From assembly GCA_951406725.2 (NCBI GenBank), contig OX597820.1:124992001-125056000 (forward strand): a DNA stretch of 64,000 bases, written 5' to 3'. The notes under the pieces were generated by a model. The model saw nothing but the letters and a program-made list of their open reading frames with translations. It searched no databases and was not told the origin of the DNA. The first letter of the stretch is position 1, and each line of letters starts with the position of its first letter. Below are positions 1 to 10,659 of the stretch, piece by piece. The translations under genes and the position numbers were made by a program. This stretch comes from Octopus vulgaris (Eukaryota).

Positions 1-194
1 ATCTGGAAGTGAATAGTATTAAATTTACATCTAATACAGGATAAAATTTTCGAAGAAATTCTATCAATGATAAAACTTTTTCGAAAATGTTATCCTATAT
101 ATGTATGTATATATATGTAAATATATATAATTATTTTCAGAATGAGATAAAAAATAGAAGAGTGTGAAGATTTTAGAACATTTATAACTAGAAT

Positions 195-243
195 GTTTTA
201 CAGGTGTTTCCAGGATATTTATTATATACCTTCATCGGAGACG
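195..243 (-). ncRNA. Degenerate hammerhead-like motif in a (TA)n-flanked cassette
   Basis: Minus strand: GTCT-CCGATGA-AGGTATAT(AATAA)ATATCCT-G-GAAA-CACCTG-TA-AAAC. U4C in the core; stems I and III imperfect. Confidence 0.33.
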
Positions 244-406
244 GTGTGAGAAAATGGTTACATGCTGATATATGACCTACATCGGACCCCTTATTCACAC
301 AATCACCGATCCTGTGGCTTAACTATGATCCATCTATAGCACTTACTCAGCATCGCCTGACACATTTGGGGCTTACTGGCACCATTATCTCTTATGACCT
401 ATATAC

Positions 407-483
<77 letters not shown>

Positions 484-752
484 CATATACATACATATTT
501 CATATTCCATATGGGTGGGGGTGTATATGTATCGAGAATATGAAAAATTAGGAGGATGGACAAGCAATATATACACAGTTGAACGGCCTAAGAAAATCAC
601 AGTTATATACTCTATATTCATAATAAATTCATATGTATGAATTTACTTGTGACTAACTTTTTACGTGTTTTGCCAGTCAATAGATTTCAAAACGCTCTAT
701 TATGACCAACTTATTTACACTGCGATTAAAAAAAAAAAACAAGGAAAAGCAC

Positions 753-884
753 GAAGAAGGAGAAGAAGAAGAAGAAGAAGAAGAAGGAGAAGAAGAAGAA
801 GAAGAAGAAGAAGAAGAAGAAGAAGAAGAAGAAGAAGAAGAAGAAGAAGAAGAAGAAGAAGAAGAAGAAGAAGAAGAAGAAGAA
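753..884 (+). repeat. (GAA)n microsatellite
   Basis: Seen directly; two GGA interruptions. Confidence 0.98.
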
Positions 885-947
885 GGAAACGATACGAAAA
901 CCTACCACGGACTAAAAAGAACATCGCTCAACTTTATTTTATTATTT

Positions 948-1285
948 ATAATAATTGTTTCAAATTTTTGCTTAAGGCTAAGCAATTTCGGGACGGAAAG
1001 TCGATTATATCGAAATATGTAAGTAAAGGCCAAAACAAAATGACCAATTACTCTGGGCAAATAAGAAATGAATACAAAAATACTCTTTTATGGCATTTAT
1101 TCGATTACTTTTGAATTATCTTTTTTTATTCGTTTTTGCATACACTGGAACTTACTTAATCGATTGCCAAAGGATAACAAGTAGAGTCGCCTTCGGCAAA
1201 TTTGAACGCAGATTATAAAGACTGATGAAATGTCGCTAAGCTTTTAACCTGGGTCTGTTAACGATTCTGCCAGCTCACCGCCTTC
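948..1285 (-). mobile_element. SINE family C (tRNA head, Meta-domain-like core), interrupted by a ~125-bp insert
   Basis: Head aacgattctgccagctcaccgcct at 1260-1284; 3' end aattgtttcaaattttt at 955-970; unrelated insert at 1014-1142. Confidence 0.65.
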
Positions 1286-3283
1286 TTTAGTATTACATAT
1301 ATATATGCATACATACAAACGACTATCCCTCTATCTGTCTGTCTGTCTGTCTGTCTGTCTATTTATCTATCTATCACTTTATGTGTATATATATATATAT
1401 ATATGTACAAATACTCACGCACACGCATACACACATACTCACACACATGTATATAAATAGGAATTGTTGTCAAACAACTGTATTTGTTTGACAACTGTAT
1501 TTACTGTTTTAATGAATAAAGAATAAATCTGAAAATCTTTTCGTTCTTTATATACTACCTATCAGCTTCTGAAGTATTTTTATATACGATAATCCTCTTG
1601 ACTAGCATGTCCCAACTTACATTTTTAGGAGAAAATTTCAAAATCTAAACGTGTGATTGGATCTGAAATCGAATACTATAAGCTTCTCTAATTTTAAAAT
1701 ACCGACTTATTCCGTTTTTGACGATGTCACCATATAATAAAATGGTGAAAGTGTAGCATAGTATTTATTCTGTTGTTCTACCACATATAATAAACAATGA
1801 AAGAAGTCAAGAAGTTTGTTATACATTATATGTCAATCCACGATATTAGCACATGGATAGAAATAATTGGATACCAAAATATACTAAATTAAATATCAAC
1901 GAAAATTCTGTGTAAAAATGATTAGATAATTCGATATCATCGAATAAATGCCGTAAAATTGTATTTTTGTATTGATTTCTTCTTTGCCCAGTGTAATTGT
2001 TCATCAATATTTGGCCTTTACATAAAATTTTCAGTCCATAAAAACTCAAAATGTAGTTCCTCTTTGCATATCAATATCTATATATTATAATTTTAGCTTA
2101 TGATATTATATTGCATAGTAGTAAGGAGGGACTTGTATAATACATATTTTAGGTATCTGTGTATAATAAATTCTGTGTACATAAATATTTCTATAAATAA
2201 ATATATTTTATCTAGTGTTCCCTGTAATTTACAACGAAAAATATAGAAATACAAACCATCATAATATTGATTAAAAATATAATATAAATATATCATACAA
2301 ATATATTTGCAGCATTTTATAGATTGTAATGTTTGCATAGAATATACAAAAGAAAGTCAAAAATAGAAGGGGACAAACATCAAACCCAAATCGTGTTTCA
2401 ATAGATTACGCTAACCTGTGAATGACACCTGATTTATCTCATCTTTCCCTCCTCTACATTTTCTCTTTAATTTTATTTTATGAATGACATTTAATATAAG
2501 AATTTTCCACCCTCTTATTAACTAAGCTTACTAACATAGTAATATCTAATTAAGTTATAATATATTATAACAGTACTTTATGAACTTGACTAGTATTTCT
2601 TCTATCGTACATTTGTTTAAGAGCAGATATACTGTCCTATGGTCTCGCGTATCATAGCTGTTACTACATTAAAGTTATTTATTTAACTCTTCAAATTCAT
2701 TTAGTTTACACTAGCAGAATATTGACGATGTTGCCTTTGTAATATCGGCGTTCAATCGATCTATCAAATCTCTTCTCTATTTTAGTTTATAAGATTCAAT
2801 GCGATATTCCCAAGGCCTTTTCAGTCATTTTTTGTGTCATAGAAAATATTTCTTCATGGAGTCAACATACTTGTTAAACAAATCTTTCAATTATTTCTTC
2901 TTGTCCATGTAATAAAACCATATTGCTTCTAGGAATAGATTTTATTCATCTACATATTTTCCAAACCTTTGATGTTATGAGTATATTCTCATATGACTTT
3001 CATAAACATATTTCTTATATTTTTGATATAAGGTGTGGCGCCTTGTAATTGCGTGTTATAAAAGAAAAATAAAGAACAAAGAAGCGACTAATCATATTTT
3101 ATCTTTCATTACAATATTCCGAACGGTAATATAACTAATAAGGTTTAAGGCAACTATTTTAACCTTGTACATATTTTCGAACCGTTCTTTTACTTCATAA
3201 TATACATTGTGTACACCATTATTTCTTCCGAGTATATATCTTTACAACGTCGAATATAATATTTCATATCACCGACGTTCACT

Positions 3284-3583
3284 GTGGAAGCACATTGCCT
3301 AGTGGTTAGAGCAGCGGACTCGCGATCGAGGAATCGCGGGTTCGAATCTCAGACCGGGCGATATGTGTGTTTACGAGCGAAACACCTAAGCTCCACGCGG
3401 CTCCGGCAGAATGTAAGTGCGAACTTCTGCTGACTCTTTCGCTACATCTTTATCTCACTCTTTCCTCCTGCATCTTGCAGCTCACCTGCGACGGACCGGC
3501 GTCCTGTCCAGGTGGGGGACATGTACGCGAAGGAAATCGGGAAACCGGCCCTTAAGAGCCAGGCATGGCTTGAGAAGGAACAT
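3284..3583 (+). mobile_element. tRNA-derived SINE, family A
   Basis: A box tgcctagtggttaga and B box ggttcgaatctc followed by a non-tRNA body; related copy at 33380-33616(-). Confidence 0.8.
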
Positions 3584-4344
3584 ATCACTGAAGCTCACGA
3601 ACTTTACCAAGTCGTGATAAATTCTCATACCGATTCCTAAGAAGAGTTCAGAGAGTTGATTTCCTTTGACAAGTTAAATGACTTATTTTCGGACATCTAG
3701 AGAACAACATTGCGATGAGAAATCTTAATAGAGTGAGACCTCGATGAAGAGGACATATATGAACTTAATGAACCCTTGCCCGAAATTTTTTAGAAATCAG
3801 ATATTGATGAGTATGAGCAACACCAGTTTTCTTGGATTTTTGATTTTACTAATTCAAATATTTAGTCTACATGTGAAATATATCTATCAGATTTTTTTCT
3901 TCATTTCATTATAAGCGTATTTACTGTAGTATGAGTAGTGTATTAAATATTTTGAGTTAAATTTCACTCTTAGTAATACAGCGTGCACTTCATGCGCTAC
4001 AGATGACCAATCGAGCATTTAATGTATGCATGAAAGTTATATACTAATTTTACTTAATTTTAAATCAGTTATAGTGAGCCAGTGATTAAACTTTAGAAAC
4101 TTCTGTTTATTTTATCACGTTTCAATACATAAGAAAAGAAAGCAATTTATTTCACTGTTAAAATTATTTAGCCAAAACATGAAAATAGTAATTGTAACAA
4201 TACGAACGTTTAGTGCAATAACAATGCTGCAAATTTAAATACTGCTGTGTCGTAAAGTGTTTCAAGCAGACTATGTTATATTTATAAATTAATTCGTGTA
4301 TTATATTTGTAACATACTTATATAAATTTAACATTCTAACTTAA

Positions 4345-4475
4345 AAAGCGGCGTGCTGGTAGTATCGTAGGCACGTCAAGCAAAATGCCCTGCGGAATTT
4401 CGACCGTCCTTCGTTATGAGATCAAAATTACCTATCACTATTTAGGGGTCGATAAAATAATTGCCAGTTGAGAAT
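4345..4475 (+). mobile_element. SINE family C fragment
   Basis: aagcggcgtgctggtagtatcgtag...tttaggggtcgataaaataattgccagttgag. Confidence 0.55.
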
Positions 4476-5228
4476 TGAATGTATATTAAAGACAAGACCG
4501 AAAACAGTGAAAAAGAAGTAATTATAGCGAAAAATATTACCCACACTCATTAAAGTTGGGAGCATATTTACCGCATGCATTTAGTATCTCCAATGAAAAT
4601 GTAGCTGCTCTACATCATCATGGTTATAGTTTCTGCACAAACGTTTAGGAACAGATAGACGGATACATCAACACATTGATACTGCAGTAAATTTTGAAGA
4701 GCATTCAGCAGAAATACAACACAAACAACGGCAGAAATACGACATAGAAGTAGTCCGGCATTTTGTAACGCACGTCTGAATGCATATTTCTTGTAAAAAG
4801 CATCCGATTTACTAGAGGACGGAGGTATAACGAGTTGTGTGCAGGTACTCTGCAGGATGGGACGTCATTATAAGTCTCAAGAATTGTGGAGTCGAATAAT
4901 AAGCGAATGACAGAAATTCAGTTTGTTCATAGTACACAAGGGTATGTCCGGTGCCATTCAGTTGAAAAACTCCTTTGGAAATTCAAAAATAAAATAATTG
5001 GCATTTGAATTTAGCACTAATTGCCACCGACTTTTGCTTGATCATCACTGGAAGACGAGATAATACATGAAGAATTTCTCTAGCATGTTATTCACGTACA
5101 CTTATTCGATTTTTCACTGACATAAATACCACTGGACACACCGATTCACTTTTAAAAACATATTTCTGTTTCGTTTACATATGTGTGCGCACGCGTATGT
5201 GGGGGCATGCGTTCGTGTGTAGGCGTAA

Positions 5229-5278
<50 letters not shown>

Positions 5279-5941
5279 GCACACTCAAACATACACACAC
5301 TCACACAAAGATATGTTCTATATTGCAAAAAGAAAAAAAAAATAAGTGATATAGAGGTATAAGGACAATATACAGAAACGTACGTGTAACATAATAGAGA
5401 TTACAAACGCATACATCAATTACTACATTATCCTAAGAATTATTCATTGTATATATTACCATAGAAAATGTTATTCTATGCGATACTAGTTTCTTTTCAT
5501 GTCAATGTCTTTATATTCATGTTTTGACATGCAATTATGCATAAACATATTTGCAATACATTTTCTTACATGAAAAGTCAATTATGTGCCTTTCAATCTC
5601 AATATGATTTTAGTGTAGTTTATCTTAATAGTATAAAACGCTATTCCGTATTGAGTTCTATATGTTTCTAATTTTTCTCTTTTGGATTATATTGATATGT
5701 AATTTCTATCGCTCTTTATGAACCTACACACAGACAAATCTAAAAAATATCAATATAAATGCACCTCCTATACATACATACATAGACACATTCATACACA
5801 CATATATATATATATGATATATATATAATATATATATGATATATATATATACAATATATATATATGATATATATACATAATATATATAGAATATATATAT
5901 AATATATTATATATATATAATTTAATATATAATATAATATA

Positions 5942-5987
<46 letters not shown>

Positions 5988-6367
5988 CATGCACGCGTAC
6001 ACATGTTTACATGTTACGTACATAGATATATATACATGAACGCATATTTGTATATAAGAATACGGTGTATGTGCCTGAAGGAGAATGCGGAAAAAATGGA
6101 AAAGCGAAGTGGATATATTTATGACGTAAGATTAAGATATTACATACAATTGATAATCGGAAGTATACAACATGATACGTTGAGCTTTTTTCCATGTCTG
6201 ACATTTTGTAGGCGTTACCGGTTAGAGTACATACTTTCTGCATACATTTCTCAATTTACACTATTCATATTATCTGTAAATTCTCTCTCTCCCCCCTCTC
6301 TCCTACTACAATCACGCGCATATACACACTAGAAGACACACACTCGCGCAAACACAAACGCACATAC

Positions 6368-6457
<90 letters not shown>

Positions 6458-6563
6458 GTGTATATATATTTATCTTTAGCAAAAGTAAGATAGTGACTCA
6501 AGGTTTGACAGTTTCGTGCCATCGCACTCTTGAATACCATTTCTCCTGGTACGATGAACATAA

Positions 6564-6610
<47 letters not shown>

Positions 6611-6820
6611 ACGGGAAGCTTTATGAAACTAAACAAAAGACGAAGGCAGGTGGAATACAAACAAACAATTGTATTAGTATAGCGCTCAGGAATATAAATA
6701 AAACAAGTCTTTTACGTTTCGAGCCTACGCTCTTCAACAGAAAGATGCACAGAAAAGAAACACGGAGAGAAACAAGGAAAGAAAAAAAGTGCGTGCAGAA
6801 GCTAGCGAATCAACATTTAT
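6611..6820 (-). mobile_element. (TA)n-flanked short interspersed cassette (Penelope-like pLTR fragment), copy 1
   Basis: Homologous in opposite orientation to 56540-56709; contains the hammerhead-like motif; directly abuts (TA)n. Confidence 0.55.
6708..6745 (-). ncRNA. Hammerhead-like motif of Penelope-like pLTR type (A6U variant)
   Basis: Minus strand: TCTTT-CTGTTGA-A-GAGC(GTAG)GCTC-GAAA-CG-TA-AAAGA. 5-bp stem I, 4-bp stem II, palindromic ACGT stem III, GUA triplet. Confidence 0.5.
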
Positions 6821-7399
6821 ATATATGAGAGAGAGAGAGAGATGAGTATATTTGCATACATACATATATTTGAATATATCAATATATGTATTGCATACAT
6901 ACATATATTCATACCTGTTCCTCTAGAAGTGCATTCTTTGGAAAGCAGCTACAGGATACTACTGAAACTTCAAATTGTCGGTTGCTACCTGTTCCTTGGA
7001 GGTTCCATCAAATGAAGGAGAGAAAGAACATAGGAAATTTTGAAAGAAGTACCTTTTTTATGGCAAAATAAATTAAATTTCCCATATTTATCAATTCCAA
7101 ATGTACATGCAATATTAGAAAAAGTTCTGATTTACCTACCATAAATGTGTAAAACGCGGAAAATACGTTTCATTGAAGGAGGTTTTGACATCCCAAAGGA
7201 AAACGGTTGTGCAGTGACAATAGAAGTTTATCTAATTTTCAAACTGAAAGCATTGGATAAGGTGTGTATGCAACTGGAAAAGCAGCCAGTTTTGAAACTC
7301 TCCATCCATCCAAAAGAAGAAAAACGTCCTTAATGCCAACTTCAACCAGAGAAACTCCAGTATCATCGTCACTGAAACAGAGACTGGACGTGAATATCA

Positions 7400-8040
7400 A
7401 GAGTTCGAAAATTCAGATGAAGAATCCACGCAATCAAGGAGAAAGTATTGCAAAACTAGAACTGCAACCAAGTTAGTAATATCTTCCAAGCAATCAAACT
7501 GAAATGGAGTAACAGTTTGTCGTCAATTATCTCAAGATGGAATCAATGTAGACTCCTTCCCAATCTGGTATTTACAAACCAACTATCAAAAAGGTGTTAA
7601 ACTTAAAAAGAAAATGAAACAATCTCTACATATAGAAAAACTGGTCATTGCATTTTGATGGTAAACCTATTGATGACTAAGAATACCAAGTGCTAGAGAA
7701 TTTAAGTTAGATGCACTCCAATTAGCAAACGGAAAAGCCGATACTGTTACTTTAGATGAATTGCATTTATGGAGCTGTGTAAAGATGATTGTCACTGATA
7801 CAACGAGTGTGAACACTGGGTAAAAAAACGGCATTGTCATTCAGTTGCAAAGACTGTTTGTTCACAAGGGTTTCAAAGAACCGCTGTTTATTGGTTTTCA
7901 GCATCATAACCTTGATAGACTTCTTCGTGTTGTAGTGGATAATGAACTTAGAGAAAAACGTCATGACCTAATATTAGGAAAAACGTTATCTCCCAACATT
8001 CAAGCACGACAAAATGTAATACAGGGCCAATGTTTCATCT
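7400..8040 (+). mobile_element. Decayed DDE transposase fragment, hAT-like (possibly hATm type)
   Basis: IAFDGK...LANGKADTV...MIVTDTTSVNTG*KNGIVIQLQ...FIGFQHHNLDRLLR (DTT.xNTG and a C/FxHH motif); stops and frameshifts; no TIRs seen. Confidence 0.55.
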
Positions 8041-8347
8041 GAAACAAAAAGAACGCAATCCGAAACATCCACTTATCAGTTGGCAATTAGTTGATTTTTA
8101 CTATAGTTTTAATCGGCCGAAGATCTTTGTACGCTACTGTATATACATATTTACTTACATTTATATATACACAAGCATATATATATATATATATAGACAC
8201 AAACACACAGACATATATATATATATATATATAACATTATTGGTGAATTGAAGAAATTCTGTTTTACTGCTGTGATTTTTGCTACTAAGGTATCGGTTAA
8301 ACTTTTGATTAATCTACTACAAGATTATTCATCTTTCTATTTCACAT

Positions 8348-8405
<58 letters not shown>

Positions 8406-8518
8406 CTGTGTCTGCGTATATATATGTATATACACGCAGAAATACACAGAATCAGAGAGTCTGATAAATTTTGTATTTCATAATATAAAAATAATCGTAT
8501 CTATATGTGTGTGTGTTT

Positions 8519-8558
<40 letters not shown>

Positions 8559-9189
8559 GTGTGTATTTTATGTGTATGTTCATGTATGCACATACCAGTA
8601 GCATGTGAAAACAGCTATTGACATATGTGTCATAGATACATATGTTTATTGACCAGAACACATAACCTATGGTGCAATATATAACACATCGAGTGTTCAG
8701 GTTATTAGGACAATGAATTCATATAAGGAATCAAAGAGACAGATTCTGTGGTGCAGAAATAATTGTATTAGTTCTGGGACCAAGTGATAATATTCTAAAA
8801 CAGTATTATTCTTTAGATTTTCGATTTTCTGAGGTCAAGTTATCATTTACAATTTTCTCAGTCCAACCAAGCATAACAATATATCGTGTGCTGTACCGAT
8901 AGACTATTCCGAAATTAAAGGCACAGTAAAACGAACAGCTGGACTGGAATGAATACCTAAAGATTAGTCTACGAAAGGGAAAACTAATTAGATGATTACA
9001 GATGATGGAAATAATTGGTAAGAACATCCGGGGAAGTGTAGGTTGCAGTTTTAAAATGTTTTTCTTTTTAATTCATTTGAATAAATTCACTTTCCAAAGT
9101 CATTTAGCCATTAAATTCAATTTAATTTTATGTATACGCGTGTATACATATACACATACACACTCTCAATCTAAAAAAAAAGTATATAA

Positions 9190-9276
9190 CTATGTGTACA
9201 TGTATATGCATGTGTATATGTATGTATGTATGTATGTGTATATATATATATAAATATATAAGTATATGTGTATATG

Positions 9277-9309
<33 letters not shown>

Positions 9310-9488
9310 GTGTATATGTAGGTATATATGTATGTATATGTGTATATGTATATGTGTATATGTATAAATATATATATGTATATGTGTATATGTATATATA
9401 TATGTATATGTTTATTTGTATATATATATGTATATGTGTATATGTATATGTGTATATGTATGTGTATATGTATATATGTGTGTATGTA

Positions 9489-9528
<40 letters not shown>

Positions 9529-9570
9529 TACATACACACATATATACATATACACCTATATATATATATA
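9190..9570 (+). repeat. Compound (TA/TG)n low-complexity tract
   Basis: Seen directly. Confidence 0.95.
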
Positions 9571-9841
9571 ATTAGTAATAATTATAACGATAGAGAATAT
9601 GGAGACTAGCGTATTCTCAAAATTTATTTCCTATTATTTTACAATTGCAATTATTGCTATTATACACGCCAGATAATATTATTACACCGTGAAGTGAACA
9701 AGGGATTACCTATCGAAGGAACTTGCAGCGTGAGTGAACACTACTAGAAGTCACAGGTGTTAATTACAAATCGATGCGTTTTAGCCATATCCTGGATGCT
9801 ACCACGGTATCCACCCGGATTATATTTCATTGTAAACTCAC

Positions 9842-9884
<43 letters not shown>

Positions 9885-9889
<5 letters not shown>

Positions 9890-9980
9890 GAGACAAAACC
9901 ACTATTATGCAAATCAAACAAAGAAAGACTTAAGCCAATACATTTGTTTGATTTGCATAATAATGGTTTTGTCTCTAATT
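9885..9980. repeat. Near-perfect 38-bp hairpin at the start of a (TA)n-embedded cassette (to ~10073)
   Basis: aattagagacaaaaccactattatgcaaatcaaacaaa ... tttgtttgatttgcataataatggttttgtctctaatt; 1 mismatch, 20-nt loop. Confidence 0.85.
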
Positions 9981-10069
9981 TAATATAATATAATATTTTA
10001 CTATAAAATTGGATTCAATCCTAAATCTGATTTTTCCCTGTAAATTTGGATTTATTCCCTAATATCTAT

Positions 10070-10128
<59 letters not shown>

Positions 10129-10129
<1 letters not shown>

Positions 10130-10595
10130 CAATTAAGGACAACTACTTAATAAGGAAAACTTAACAAGAAATTGTCAGGTAGATAGCGTGAAAACCTCAT
10201 AAGAGAAAAAATTTCGAAAATAATTATTTCTTATTGAACATATTAATTTATATATAGAGGGCATTATACATACATGCCAGAGGGCATTATACATACATGC
10301 CACACGCTAAGAGGGACAATTAGTCATTTCTACCAAAAATATTACTAATCCCACCGAATGCAATTTTTCAAAGTAAGACATTTAAAAAATATAGAACTGT
10401 ATCACAGTGATTTCATACTTACGTATTCATCAGCAGGCCTGAATGTATCATAAATAAACGACCCTGCCCCGCTTAAGCCGATCAGCTATTGCATTCGGTG
10501 GGATTAGTAATATTTTTGGTAGAAATGACTAATTGTCCCTCTTAGCGTGTGGCATGTATGTATAATGCCCTCTGGCATGTACGTATAATGTCCTC

Positions 10596-10606
<11 letters not shown>
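10129..10606. mobile_element. (TA)n-embedded foldback cassette (Penelope-like pseudo-LTR type): 119-bp inverted arms with a hammerhead in the spacer
   Basis: Arms 10246-10364 and 10488-10606 are reverse complements with 2 mismatches; each contains a tandem duplication of agagggcattatacatacatgcc; (TA)n on both sides. Confidence 0.75.
10393..10440 (-). ncRNA. Minimal type I hammerhead ribozyme with intact catalytic core
   Basis: Minus strand: AGGCCTG-CTGATGA-ATAC(GTAA)GTAT-GAAA-TCAC(T)GTGA-TA-CAGTTCT. Core CUGAUGA and GAAA exact; 4-bp stem II with GNRA loop; near-loopless stem III; AUA cleavage triplet; stem I 6/7 paired including one G-U. Confidence 0.78.

Positions 10607-10659
<53 letters not shown>

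Noticed and set aside
665-1114. ORFs with poly-R/E/L/F runs
   Set aside because: Translations of the (GAA)n microsatellite; no splice or homology support.
3284-3360. tRNA gene
   Set aside because: A and B boxes are present but the cloverleaf is imperfect and continues into a SINE body shared with 33380-33616.
4601-4865. ~85-codon hydrophobic open frame on the minus strand
   Set aside because: No start codon, no recognisable family, weak splice context; compatible with chance.
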